DNA of 64,000 bases from Rebecca billardiae RCC1528 (taxonomy: Eukaryota; Protista; Haptophyta), in contig OZ251253.1 of the NCBI GenBank assembly GCA_965240325.2, positions 558,001-622,000 on the forward strand. The letters run 5' to 3'. Below are positions 46,434 to 59,092 of the stretch, piece by piece. The notes under the pieces are model-generated. The model did not search any database and was not told the DNA's origin. It saw nothing but the letters and a program-made list of their open reading frames with translations. The stretch's first letter is position 1. Every line of letters begins with the position of its first letter. A program made the translations under genes and the position numbers.

Positions 46434-47384
46434 CGGCACGGCGCCGTACAAGGCATCAATACCAGCAGCGTGCGGGGTGCGCTGCCTCCGGGGGGGCGGT
46501 GAGTACTGCATTCATAAGCCAGCATAGAAGCAACCTGCGGTAAGGGGATACTTAATCGATGCTGGTAAGTCCTCAGCTGCTACGCTAGGGGTGCAGGCGT
46601 GCCGAGCTTAATCCGGATCCCGAGGGGGACGCACCCGCTTCCGTGTAGTTATGGTATGTCGACGATAATTGACGACACTACCGAGCTGCCTCCGGGGGGA
46701 CGTTTACTATGTGGCGCTTGCCGGAGCGTATGTAGCAGCCGCGCCCCGGCTCGGTCGGGTGATGGGGTAGGGTAGGGACGACGAACGTCGGAGGGCGTAG
46801 GGACTAGGGTAGGGTTGATGGGCGCTCGCTGGTCGGTGGCGGTGGGGCAGTGGGGCGTGCACTGTGCGCGTGCTGCGGGGGCGCCCAGGCACCCTGCCCG
46901 AGACGAGCCAGCGGCTGTGCGATGTGCCAGGCGGCCAGAGCCTAGGCTGCCAGCACTGCTGCTGCGCGCGCATGAGTGGCGGGCCCGAGTGCCACACGCA
47001 GCATCGTGCTGCATGCGGGCAAGACGCTGCGTCGGAGCTGGCTGGAGCTGGAGATGGGCGCGCGCTGCTACTCGTCGCGCCGGTCGCGCCAAGCACGCGC
47101 ATGCTCTGCGACGTGCTGGCAGCGGGCATAGAGGAGGCGCCCGTCGCGCGCCTCACCGTCTTGGCGACGCGCTGCCTACGTGCTCGGCGTTGCGCGCGGC
47201 ACCGTTGGCACCCACTGGCGAAGCTGATGCCATGCCTGAGCGCCGCGACCTGCGGCACGGGCACTTTTGACCTGCAGCTAGCGCACGGCGCGGCGAGGCG
47301 CCCGGTGGACGAGCTGCGGGGCGTGGGCGCAAAGGATGAGTCGGTGCGCACAGCAACTCAGCAAGAGGCACACAGGCGGCGTGC

Positions 47385-48410
47385 GCACCACGCGTGGCTC
47401 GCCGCTCGCGCTAGCCGCTGGCCACCAGGCGAGCCGCTCGCCCTGGGCGCATCGGCCCGCCTCCTCGCGCCGCCTGGCGCAGCACGTGCGCACCGGCGGG
47501 CGCGCAGGTGACGGTAAGCGTGGCGCGACCGAGGGCGGCTCAGGGCTCACACCGCGCGCGCCGCGCCCACATCCATTTGTCCCCCCGGCGGCGCGCACGG
47601 GCGGCGCGCGCGCGGCACGTGGCTCGCCGCTAGCCACCAGGCGAGCCGCTCCCCTGGGCGCATCGGCCCGCCTCCTCGCGCCGCTTGGCGCGCCGCGTGC
47701 GCACCGGCGGGCACGCAGGTGACGGTAAGCGTGGCGCGACCGAGGGCGGCTCAGGGCTCACATCGCGCGCGCCGCGCCCACATCCATTCGTCCCCCCGGC
47801 GGCGCGCACGGGCGGCGCGCGCGCGGCACGTGGCTCGCCGCTAGCCACCAGGCGAGCCGCTCCCCTGGGCGCATCGGCCCGCCTCCTCGCGCCGCTTGGC
47901 GCGCCGCGTGCGCACCGGCGGGCGCGCAGGTGACGGTAAGCGTGGCGCGACCGAGGGCGGCTCAGGGCTCACATCGCGCGCGCCGCGCCCACATCCATTT
48001 GTGCCCGCGGCGGCGCGCACGGGCGGCGGCGCCGCGGCGCGCGCGCGGCACGTGGCTCGCCGCTGGTCACCAGGCGAGCCGCTCCCCTGGGCGCATCGGC
48101 CCGCCTCCTCGCGCCGCTTGGCGCGCCGCGTGCGCACCGGCGGGCGCGCAGGTGACGGTAAGCGTGGCGCGACCGAGGGCGGCTCAGGGCTCACACCGCG
48201 CGCGCCGCGCCCACATCCATTTGTCCCCCCGGCGGCGTGCACGGGCGGCGCGCGAGCGGCACGTGGCTCGCCGCTGGCCACCAGGCGAGCCGCTCCCCTG
48301 GGCGCATCGGCCCACCTCCTCGCGCCGCGTTGCTCGCCGCGGGCGCACCGGCGGGCGCGCAGGCGACTGTAAGCATGGCGCGACCGAGGGCGGCTCACCT
48401 TGCGCACGCC
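47385..48410. repeat. ~211-bp tandem repeat (about 5 units)
   Basis: GTGACGGTAAGC at about 47508, 47719, 47930 and 48153, with a variant near 48363. Confidence 0.92.
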
Positions 48411-49515
48411 GCGCTGCCAATTTTTCATTCGTCCTCTTTCCCCCGGCGGCGGCGCGCGGCACGGGCCGCGCAGGCGCACGATTAGCCATCGGACCAGCCT
48501 ATTGCACGCGGCACATTCGCTTGTTCATACGAGCCACGCGCGCGCGGCGTAGCGAGAGCATGCCCCTAGTCGCGGCGCAGTACCAGCATAGCCTACCAGC
48601 CTACCAGCAGCCTACCAGACTGAGCACGCAGTGTCAGCCCACTGCGGGCAGTGCCAGGCCGCAGGCGGCCGCCCCGGCGCGGTCGAACCGTCCCGGCTGC
48701 CTACTCACTACGTATATATATAGACCAGCAGCCCGTAGTACCACCCCGGCCGTACCGCGCAGGACGACCGTACACTTTGACTCGGCCAGTGTCGGCTCAG
48801 CGCAGCCGAGCGGCACGGTGGACGACCGACACGGCAGATTACTGGTCGTCATCACGCATATATGTGCGTGTCAGGCTATATATATATTACATCAATAATA
48901 TATAGTATTATTATATTACATTAAACGCGGGCGGCTCGGTGATGACGGTCTGACGGACTCGGACGGTCGACTCTGTGGCCTCGATGATACTCCGTCGGCT
49001 CGCAGACAGATATATGCGCTAAAATCATATATATATATATATATATCAGCAGCAGCAGTAGGCAGCTGTTACTCTCGGAGATGCGCGCCCCGTGCTATCC
49101 CGTATCCGGTACGCGGGCTGCGCTGCGTCGTCAGACTCAGACGAACGATGATCGCTCGATGCTGATGATGCATGTTGCGCGCTGTCATACTGCGCTAGCT
49201 TATGGCCGCTGGCGGGCCCGCTGGAGGCGCGGGGCGGCCCGAGCGCCGCCGCCGGCCGAGCCGCGGGCCCGCCACCCGCGGCACGGCCGCCGGCGGGGCC
49301 CCCGCCGTCAGTCAGGCACTGGCACGGCGCCTCGGCGGCGGCGGCGTAGCGCCGCCCGCGGACTGACAGCAAGTGACGACACGCGACTCCGACAGCCAAA
49401 GCACGTATAACTATAATAATATTACTATCGTCTGGCAGTCGATCTGGTAGGTACACTGATAGGCTGGTCTTCAGCTAGCTATGCTGGTGCTGCGCCGTGC
49501 GGGCGGCGTGAAGCC

Positions 49516-49860
49516 GGGGGCGTGCTCTCGCTCCGCTGCGCGCGCGTGGCTCGCCAGTGGAAAAGCGCGAATGCGCTGCGTGCGATAGTCGGTTCCGATG
49601 GTCAACCGCGCGCCCTGGCGGCCCGTACCGCGCGCCGCCGCCGGGTAGACAAACGGGGGCGCGGCGCGCGCACGGCGAGCCGCCCTCGGTCGCGACATGC
49701 TTACTGTCGTCGCCTGTGCGCCCACCGGTGTGTACGCGGCGAGCCGTGCGGCGCGAGGAGGTGGGTCGATGCGCCGATCAGGGCCAGCGGCTCGCCTGGT
49801 AGGCAGCGGCAGGCAGCGGCGAGCCACGAGCCACGCGTGCGCCGCTCGTGCACGCCATGG
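49516..49860 (-). repeat. Diverged inverted copy of about 48250-48567 (last 211-bp unit plus terminal segment)
   Basis: GGGGCGTGCTCTCGCT mirrors AGCGAGAGCATGCCCC. GAGCCGCCCTCGGTCGCG..ATGCTTAC and GCGAGGAGGTGGG..GATGCGCC mirror the repeat unit. Confidence 0.75.
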
Positions 49861-50247
49861 CATGCCCAACGGCGCAGGCTTGAAGCGGCATGGCGCGCGC
49901 CCATGATGGCCCCACCTCGAGGATCGACCAGGTCAGGCACGGCGCGTTGCCCGGTGCGAGTCCGCCTGGTGCGAGTCCTCGCCCGCCTGGTGCGAGTCGT
50001 CGTCGTCTCGTCGAGCTGAGCCGAGCACCGTCGGAGGGAGGGCGGACACGCGCTGTGTGAACCGGGCAGAGCTTGCAGGAACCGCTGCGAAGCGGAGGCG
50101 AGGTGGCGAGCAAGCATCGTCACTGCGCGCAAGTCTCTGGAGCCGGCGAAGTTCTATCCTCGAGGATCCGCTGAGACATGGTTTTCCTCCAAGTCCCGCG
50201 CCGATCCTCGAGGATACGTCTGCCCCTTCTCTCTCCTCTGAAAAGTT

Positions 50248-50858
50248 TATGGAGCGCTCGTTGGAACTTGACGCCGGTTTGGCGCCCGCGCGGCGAGGGC
50301 GACGACGGGCGTACACGGGGCCTGCGGCGGCGGGAAGCGCGCGGGCGCGGCCGAGAACGGCACGGTCCGGACGCCTCTCGCCAGCCGCGGACGCGCACCG
50401 CGCCTCCTCCTCGCACGCTGCTAACTTGATCCTAGTTGAACGGTGCGGTTTTGCTGCCGACCAGCTCAAGTTCCACGGCTGGTCAAGGTTCGGCTTGCGA
50501 CCTCGCCGCTGGTGCTTGCAAGAAGGTACACGAGTTGGTCGAACTCCCACGCACCCGCTCTGCGCTCGTCGACGCCCTCTGAAGGTGACTCGGGGTGCAT
50601 GCGGGGCAGTGGAATGCAGTGGTTCGGCGTTGCCTCTCAGTCGTCCAGCGCGCAGGCCATGTAGCGCGGGTGTGGTGCGCGCATGGCCCGGTAATTCGGT
50701 CGCGGCATGTCTGTCTGGGCTGCCCAAGGCCTGCCGCACCGCGAAGCGAGCGCTCAGGAGCGTGTGCCGACCGTGCCAGCCCCGCCGAGATGGGGCACTT
50801 CGCTGGGAAATGCGGTGTCAAGTTCCACCCCCGCTCAAGTTCCAACGAGCGCTCCATA
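50248..50858. mobile_element. Segment bounded by a perfect 24-bp inverted repeat
   Basis: TATGGAGCGCTCGTTGGAACTTGA at 50248-50271 and its reverse complement at 50835-50858. Extra TCAAGTTCCA copies near 50466 and 50818. Confidence 0.5.
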
Positions 50859-50866
50859 CAACCTGA

Positions 50867-51611
50867 AACCGGTCCAGACCTCGGGATTTGCCAGCCAAAA
50901 CCAAAACCCACCCCAGGTGGGTTTCCGGGTGGAAATCTGGGCGCCGCGCTCCCGGACTCAGCTGAACGCCGCCGCCGCCGCCACCTCGCTCGCGCCTACC
51001 GCCGCCAGGGCGAGGCCGCGCGATGTCCAGTAGAGCTTCCGATGGGACGCAGCGGGGCGGTAGCGAGGCGGTGAACTACTGTAGCTTGCGCGTGGCGCAG
51101 CGCTTCGCGCCCTCGCACCTGGAAGGTCAGCTTGAGGCCCGCGCGAGCGCGAGCTTGCGCCGCCGCCACGTTCAGCCAGAGATATGGGCGCCTTGCCTGC
51201 CGAGGCAGCAGAGAGGCACGCACGCGCGGGAAGCCGCTGGGCACCATGGCGCGCGCCTACGATCGTACTGTAACATGGCCCACGCCTTCCTGGGATGCGC
51301 GCCTCGGGTTGCTCTCAGCGCGCGCATACTTTGCGGGGATGACAGCACGGCTGAAGTGAGAGGCGGCGCACACGTCCGTGCGGGCTCAAGGCGCGGAGAA
51401 GATGGGCAGACGCGAGTCGCCCGGCGCAGGGCGGCGCAGAAAGGCTCTATGCCTCTGCCCGACGGCGTGCGCCATCGCCGCGTGCACGTCTACGACCGCG
51501 GCGGCGCGGCAGCCGGCGGCGCCTCGCGGCGGATGGCTGTGGCGGCGCACGCGGCGCACGCGGCGGGTTTTGAATTTCCGAGTTTCCCAAATCCTGAGGT
51601 CTGGACCGGTT
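50867..51611. mobile_element. Segment bounded by a 24-bp inverted repeat (1 mismatch)
   Basis: AACCGGTCCAGACCTCGGGATTTG at 50867-50890 versus CAAATCCTGAGGTCTGGACCGGTT at 51588-51611. Confidence 0.5.
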
Positions 51612-52389
51612 GGATGGCGGGCCGTAGGCTTATCTCACAACGGATCCGTCCTCCGGATTTCCTCCGGACATTTCTAATGGCCGCCAGCGCGCGCCCACGT
51701 CGCGGGGTGGGTCGGCCGGCGCGTTGGGCTCGACCGGCCTGGGGTTGGCTTCGACGCCACCAGCGGGATGCCACACTGACTCGGCCACTGGGGCTCACGA
51801 GGACGCCTCGGAGTTCAGAGGGTGTGGTGGTCAGACGGGCGTCCCGGTCGTGCGATCGGGCGGCAAGCAGGCCGGCTGCCTAGCAGCCCACAAACGCGGC
51901 GCGCCGCGCGAGCCAAGGCCCTGGCGGGCATCACATGGACGGTACCTGGCCACATGAGTCGCCTGGAGTCCATTTCCGCGCGTGTGCCGCGCTGGACTGA
52001 GTCTACGGCTCAGCCGGAGGCACGACGGGCACAGCCCACGAGCACGGACTGAGCACGACCGCGCGCGCGTGGCGTGTGCAGCGACGTGTGGGGCCTACCT
52101 TGGCGCGCGAGCTCGCGAGCAGCGCGCGGACGACTAGTGCCAGGGTCCCAACTACGATGGCCCGCGCACCCGCGCCCTTCGCGGCCTGTGACGGCGGACC
52201 AAGGCGGCGCCCTCGAAACGACGAGGGTTGCCGCCATCCTCGAGCGCTTTTCGCGCCCGGCGATGTCGTTTCTTTTTTTTCGGCCGGCCTAGGACGTGTA
52301 ACGATTTTTTGTATCCGACGGATGACAGTTGGCAGCGATGCGCATGGAGGTGACCGCGCGACCGCCGACAGCGGCCGCTGAATGCTGAC

Positions 52390-55300
52390 TCAGCGTGGCG
52401 TGCGCGGCCCCGCCGCCTCCGTTGTCGCGGCAGCACGTCCGTACTGAACACCAAACTCAATCCCTCGGCGTCGGCAGCGCTGCTCGCGGTGCACGAAGAT
52501 GGACGTGTGGCACATGGAGCACAGGTGCTTCTTGCACCCGGCGCACGCGCGAGTCGTCTGCTTCACGAAGCCACCTGGGTCCTCGGGATGGTCGTCCGGC
52601 TTGCGCATGCCCTTGCGCAAGGCGTTGCCACGCGGGGTGAACGTCTTTTCGGCGTCCGCGTAGCACTGCACGCAGTCGCTCTTGGTGGGGAGCGGGTCGC
52701 CCTTGCCGTCGAAGAGCGTCTCAGCCTTCGTCAGGTAGCACTTGCGTGGGCGGTGCTGCGCGATTCGCGAGCCTGGGACGGGACCTGCGCTCGTCCCGCG
52801 CATGATGGGGCAGGACAGTGGGCACGGCGGCGCGGCGGTGAGTGGTCGGTGGCGACGCATTGCGCGACGGCGTACATTCGCGAGCGCATCGCGCGGTGCC
52901 CGCACCGCTCTTCTTGCGCATGAAGTGCGGTGTCTCGTCGCCACGGCCCTGCATGTACTCCGCGCAGTAGCGTTGGATGCCGTGGTTCATCAGCTCACGG
53001 CCGAGTGACAGCTGCCAGTACGTCGAGTACGGGATGCCGGGCTCGCGAAGAAATTTCTCGTAGGACGGCAGCACGAACTCGAAGACAATCCTCGCGTCGT
53101 GCACGATCAGGCCGAGGTCCCAGTAGAACGCTGCGCGCTGCCAGCGGCGACCGACTCGGTTGACCCGGATGTTCATACGAGCCTGGTCCTTGTCGAAGCG
53201 GTCGACCGGGCCCATCCTCCGCGCGTACGCCTTCTGCGCCAGGAACGACGTGTAGTACTTGTAGGAGCGGCTGGCTTTGTCGTACCGCCGCGCAAATGTC
53301 TCCTCCGCGTCGTTCTGGTAGGTGGTGTACAGCAGGCAGAAAGGCTTCGCGTCGCGCCATTGCGTCGCGTACAGCCACCACGTACCTCTCCCACGCCGTT
53401 GCGTTGAGGCGCCGCTGCCGCTCTCGTCCAGTGGCACGCGCGCAGTGCGACGCCAGCCGCGTGCGAGAGCGCTCACCACGCTGTTGGGGAGGTCGAACCA
53501 GGGCCAGGTGAGCCGTCCGTCTGTGGGCGCGGTGGCGGGCCGCTTCCACTTGTGCGGGCCGACGATATGGATGCCGCGAGCGCGGAGCCAGAGCACGACT
53601 GGGATGGTCACAAACCATGAGTCGGCAAAGAGGACGTAGCCTTTGTGCCAGTACGCGACGACGAAGAAGCCAGTGAGAAGGGCGATGAGCACGTTCCCAG
53701 CGGCGTTGGCGCTGCCGCCGACGTCAAACTTCCACGCCTTCACGTAGCCCGCGGCGTCGGCATACACAAACGCCTTGATGCCCCACTTGATGGGCTTGCG
53801 TGGCAGGTACCGCAGGATCGGGCAGCGCTTGGAGAGGCAGCGGATCATCGCCTCGTCGAGCGCGATGTGCTGCAGTGCGTTCCAGGCCGAGTCGCACTTC
53901 TTCTGCAGGTCCGTGTCCAGCTGGCGCATCTTGCGGAGCGGGTCGTCCGGGAAATCCTCGCTCATCGGGTCCATGAAAGACAGCTGCGCGATCACCTTCC
54001 TCCAGCTGCGGCGCGCGGTGCGCACACGGGCGTGCGCGCGGGCGCGCGCGTTGGCCGCTCGCGTCTCACTCGCGGCGCGCGGCGCATGTGCGCGGCGCAC
54101 CGCGTCGCCGTGTACGAGTCGTAGATCTCGTCGTCGCGCAGACTGCCCGACCACAAGAAGCTCATCTGCCGCACCGGCCGCACACCCGCTTTGATCAGGA
54201 TGCCCATGACGATCAGAAGCTCTGGCGGCGTCAAGTCGTCCCAGTCGTCGACCCGGCGCCTGGCAGTGAGGCGCAAGGATGCCGGGTCCGACGCCAGGAG
54301 TGGGCGCCATAACATCTTGCCAGCAGCGTCCTTGACCTGCGCGTAGGCGCGCGCGCACAACAAGCGCACGCCAGTTGGCCAGCAAGGGGCGCGGCGTTAG
54401 GGCATGACTCCTCGCATACGCGCGCGCGCACGCGTATGCGCATGCGCGCGCGTATGCGCATGCATGCGCGCGCGCGCCTCACCTGCACAAGCCATTGCTT
54501 GGCGTGCGCGTTCGTCGCGTCGCAGATGCTCTGCAGGATGTCGTCGCTGAAGTAGAATAGGAAGCACTGCAGCAGCACGAACGCCGGGTCCGGGTCACCG
54601 ACCGAGATGTCCACCTGGTGCGTGCTCATGTCCATGGCGATACCGGCCGCGGCGAGGAACACGACGAGCATTCGCGTCGGCCCCGGCTTTGCTCCTGTGA
54701 ACAGCGGGCCGTGAGCATCGATGTCGGGCTCCTTCCCGCGGGGAGCGTTCGTGCGCGGCGCGCTTGGCGCCTTGTGGCGCACCTCCTCCCACGGCTCCAC
54801 AGGCGGCTCGCGCTCAGGTGCTGCGCCCGCCCCGGCGGCGCCCGCGGCGGGCGCCGAGCGCCGTGCTGCTGCGCCGCGGCCGCGGCCGCGGCCACTGCCC
54901 GCGCCGCGGCCTGCGCCGCCGCCGCGACCGCCAGCCTGCGTCGGCTGTGCGGGCTCGAGCTCAGGCGGCGCGTCGGCAGACGCCGGCAGGTCCGTGCGCA
55001 TCACGCAGCGCCGCTTTGACGAGTGCAGCCACAACTGCTCGTCCAGCACGATCAGCCGCGCGCCTCTCGCGCGCGCCAGGCGGCACGACGTGGGACCTCC
55101 CAGGATCTCGTGCGCGGATTTGGGTGATGGCGAGGCGCCACGGCGTCGCTTGCCCCGCCCGCGGGATTCGTCACGATACTCCGCGCGCTTTGCGACGAGG
55201 ACGTCGACGCACGAGTGGATGAAGTCGGGGTCCTTGCTCGGGCCACTCCGACCGTCGTAGTTGCGGGCGAACTTCCTGATGTCGGTGCCCGCGACGCCCC

Positions 55301-56090
55301 ACATCTTCTTGGGGTCGACGTAGCCGACGATGCAGGGTGGCCACGACATGCGCGCGCGCGCGCGCGCAGCCTCGAGCGCGGGGAGCGCGATCGCCGACGC
55401 GGTGACGAGGAGCACCGGCTGTGTTGAGGCGTGGCCCCGGGCGCGCACGATGGCATCGAGTACCTCAGGCAGCGTGTCGTCGAACGACTTCTTGCCGCAG
55501 AGCTCTGCCGCAGTGGGCGCGCCAGGCCGAGGGATGATCTCGCGCGAGTCGGAGGAGCACAGCCACTCGCGCTCAAGGAGCAACGTGCCCTTGGCGTCGG
55601 TCATCGACACAGACACGCCGGTGACGCGCGCCTCGAGTGGCCGCGAATGGTCGGTCAGGTCCACCTCGACGGACGCGAAAGCAGCCCCTTGCACGAGCCT
55701 CTCCGACTCGTGCAACAGCTGCTGCCGCTGCTGCTTCTTGTCGCCGGTGCTCTGCGTCGGCGGCGGCGGTGGCGGAGGCTGGCCAGGGCCGGTGGCGCTG
55801 TCCAAAGGTACGGCCTCCTCCTCCTCCTCCTCCTCCTCCTCCTCCATGGGCCCGCCGCCGTCGTTGGGGTCGTCGCCTTCCGACGCGCCGCTCAGGTCCG
55901 CGCTCGACACGTCGTTGGTGTTGCCACCGTCGAGAGAACTCGTCTCGTCGTCGTCACCGCGCTGGTACACGTCGTCGGGGTCATGGCGCTTCGGAAGCTC
56001 GTTCAGGCGGGGGACACGCGCCGCGCCGCGCCGGAGCGCCGCGTCGCCCTCGCTCTGGCGACGGCCACGTCCCGACGCCTTTGGCGCCAT
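52390..56090 (-). CDS. piggyBac-family (DDE_Tnp_1_7) transposase, ~1,112 aa; exons 56090-54483, 54336-54101, 54005-52906, 52784-52390
   Basis: Motifs IALDEAMI, YLPRKPIKWGIK, LFADSWFVT, WRDAK and YARRMGPVDRFD give an intact DDD triad. C-terminal Cys-rich domain CVQC...CAGCKKHLCSMCH. Three GT-AG introns give an unbroken 3,339-nt frame. Confidence 0.9.
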
Positions 56091-56832
56091 TTCGGATAAC
56101 GTCCACGGTCCGGGCGCGCCCGGAGTTCTGATCGATTGGAGGTTATCCCACAAACCCACGGGCGGCGCCCCCAGCCGGGCAGCGACACGATGGCGGCCAC
56201 GCGCGGCGCGCTCGTTCGCTCACATACGGCCGCTGCGGGTGCGCGCGCGCTGCGGGAGCGGGTCAGGACACCTACCGGCCTCATTCGCGCGCGCTCCCGC
56301 CCTCCCTCGCCGCCCTCGCCGCGCGCAGGCACCATCTGCTTTGCGTGCAACGCATCGCGCCCGCCCGCCCGCCGCGCCGCAACGCGCGCGCGCGCGCGCA
56401 GGAGGGCTTTTAAGGGCGAGTTCTCGCGTCTGCCTGGTGCGCATGTGTTTGACGTGGATGCGCAACGCCCGCTTGCCGGCGTGCGCGGACGTGCTCGGCG
56501 GCAAACACGGGTTCGGCACCTGCAACAGGCTCGTTCTCCCACCTGTCTCAAGGTATGCATATTTCGAGCAAAACCGGCCAAAATGGCGGATTTCCGCAGG
56601 CTGCGGGCTGGTGTCTGATTGCTGATTGATGCTGTGTGCTGACTGCTGGGCGCACATGGTGAGACTAAGTACTATGCTGAAACTGCTGTCAGACTTCGCC
56701 GCCGCGGCATACGACTACACACACCGCCGTGTTTGTATACACGCATCGTCAGCAACCTTTCGCGCTCAACCGTCATCACTCAGCGTCAGAATCAGCTATA
56801 CGTCATACATCGTCAGCGACCGCGCCGGCGAC

Positions 56833-57575
56833 TCACAGTACTCGTGTCTCGTTAGTCGTAGTCCGCGTCGCTCGCCGCACCGTCAGGTCAAGATCCACCG
56901 CCGCGTCGTCGTCGCGTGCGCGTGCAGCCTGGCCGAGACGGCCGTCGTGCCGACAGCTGTCCTGAGCCGGCACAATCGAGCGCCCGCGCGTCTCCGTCTT
57001 GACCGAGCACTTCATCGCCGACGCGAGCGCAGACTCGGTCTTCGGCACGTCGACGGTGGGTGCCGGCCTCGCCCGTCGCCGCGGCTGCTGGTCGGGGGGC
57101 GCTATGATGACTGATCGAGCAGTCATCATAGCACTGCGTAGCGGGCGGGAGAGTTGACTCACGTGTTGACATGTTTATCGCCATGCCGCGCGGCGCTGAC
57201 CATAGACGCATCAGGCAGCGCGCGCGTGTGAACGACAGATCCGCCTTCGCTGATCATCAGACCAGCTGAGTGCCAAGGAACAAGTTGGGCTGCCCGTGTC
57301 AGGTGAGCCGCGTCGACGCGTGGCATAGCGCAGCAGATGACAACATTATCAACAAGGGCAGGCACAAGCGCAGCATCAGTGCCGCTTCCTCCGTGCACGA
57401 TGCCGATGTGCGCTTGCGCAATCGGCCCGGCCAAGCTGACATTCGGCTCGCACAGCGCCGCTCTGACCGATGACGCGAAGCGAGCGCCCAAGGAGCAGGC
57501 TTGGCGGACGAAGAGATGACGCATGCGGTAGTGATCTGTCACTAGCGCGTGCGTGACGAGCGCACGAGGTGCCAA
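56833..57575 (-). other. Possible small two-exon hypothetical gene or gene fragment
   Basis: ORFs 57159-57575 and 56833-57162 with a GTGAGT donor near 57162. No recognisable domain. Confidence 0.2.
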
Positions 57576-57685
57576 GATGCGCGTTCAGCGCGCGCAACCG
57601 CGGCGGACGTCGCCACTCGCCTCCCTGCGGGCTCACCGCCGGTCCGCCGGCAGAGCGCCCACCCCGCGCACGCGCGAACCGTATG

Positions 57686-57744
57686 AAAGAGCGCCCGGAC
57701 CGCAGCCGCTCGTTAGGCGCGGCTGCGGTCCGGGCGCGCTTTCA
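57686..57744. other. Strong GC hairpin
   Basis: GAAAGAGCGCCCGGACCGCAGCCGC pairs with GCGGCTGCGGTCCGGGCGCGCTTTC. Confidence 0.8.
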
Positions 57745-58542
57745 GCCGAGCGCCCTCCCGTGGGTTTGTGGGATAAGCCGTAGGTCCGCCCCTCGGTAGT
57801 GCCCGGGAAAAAGATAAGAAAAAGAAACGGGAAAAAGAAAATCGCCTAGTAGAGAAAAGAAAATCGCCTCGCTCACTGCCGGGTCGCTTCGTCACTACCG
57901 GGCGCCCTCGCAGCTCCCACTGGGGACGCTCGGCCGAAAACCATGTGGCGCCTGGCGCGGAGCGCGTGGGCGGCGCGCGCCAAATCCAACACCGGCGCGG
58001 ACATCGCGAGAAGACTCCCGAGGGGGGTTTTCGCCCGATTCGCGATTGCTGCCCTCGTCGTCTCGCGTGCAGGTCGAACGGGGGCCAAAGTCGACGCGTT
58101 TGGAGGCACGCTCGGCGCGTCGACACGATCGTGCGACCTGGGGCGGTCCTCGCCCGACTTGCACGTTGAGCGCTCGCACGAGCCATAGCATCAAGCGCTG
58201 CGCACGACAACCACCTCGCGCGATCCACCGTCGCGCGTCGGGCTCGGTGCGGAAAGGCCCTCATCACGAGGTGTCTCGCGGGCGGGAAGCGCCATCGCAC
58301 GCGACGCAAGATTTGGCGCGGCCTTCTGAACACCATAACCGGAATCCACACACCGGACTGTCGCGTGCCCCTGTTGGCAAGGTCGGGCGCATGCAAATCC
58401 GTTTGCTACAGCTGTACCAGTTCCCGGCCAAGCCGAACCGGAAGGGCCGGCCCTTGCCCGGCGATCATCTTTCGCGATCGCGGCCAAAGATCGCTCGGCG
58501 CTCGCGGTCCCTCACAGCCGAAGCCCACGTCCGGCCTTCACC

Positions 58543-59092
58543 ATGGCGTCGACGGTGACCAATGCGACGGAGGCGCAGCGCAAAGCGGCGTACGAGGCGC
58601 AGCGAACGCAGCTGCCGTGTCTGTCGCCGTGGCAGGAACCGCGTCTTGGCGAGTCGGCGGCCCTCGTCGCACAGCGCTACAGTATGACCGATCCCAGAGG
58701 CGCATCCGCCACGAGCTGAAACGCCGAGCGTGCAACATTGTCGCCCCATGTCACGAGCGCTGCGGGACGAGGCCGACGTCGTGAAGCCAGTGGCACATGC
58801 GCTGCGCTTCCTGTGCCTGCTCGAGCAGCGCGTGCCCACCCTCGATCGCGAGTGGCACACGCTCTCGCACTGCGCGCGCGCGCACCGCCGACAGCTCCTG
58901 ATACCGCCGAACGTGCGGGTGCCGGACCTGTCGCGCGAAGCGGCGAGCGCCGACGAGCGCTTGGACCTGGACGCGTTGTTGCGCAGCGTGGCGGCCGTGC
59001 ACGACGCCGACGCGACCTTCGCCGAGCCCATCGTGCCCGGAGCGGACATCGGCATCCTCGCGACACACGATCTCAGCTGGCGGCAGGACTAG
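58543..59092 (+). CDS. Hypothetical protein ~157 aa; exons 58543-58681 and 58758-59092
   Basis: ATG in good context (CACCATGG). A GTATGA...ACGAG intron joins it in frame to a codon-biased exon (LRDEADVVKPVAHALRFLCLLEQR). The acceptor is atypical. Confidence 0.45.

Noticed and set aside
56405-56420. TTAAGGG as a piggyBac terminus
   Set aside because: Wrong polarity for TTAA-CCC...GGG-TTAA, and no partner TIR was found.
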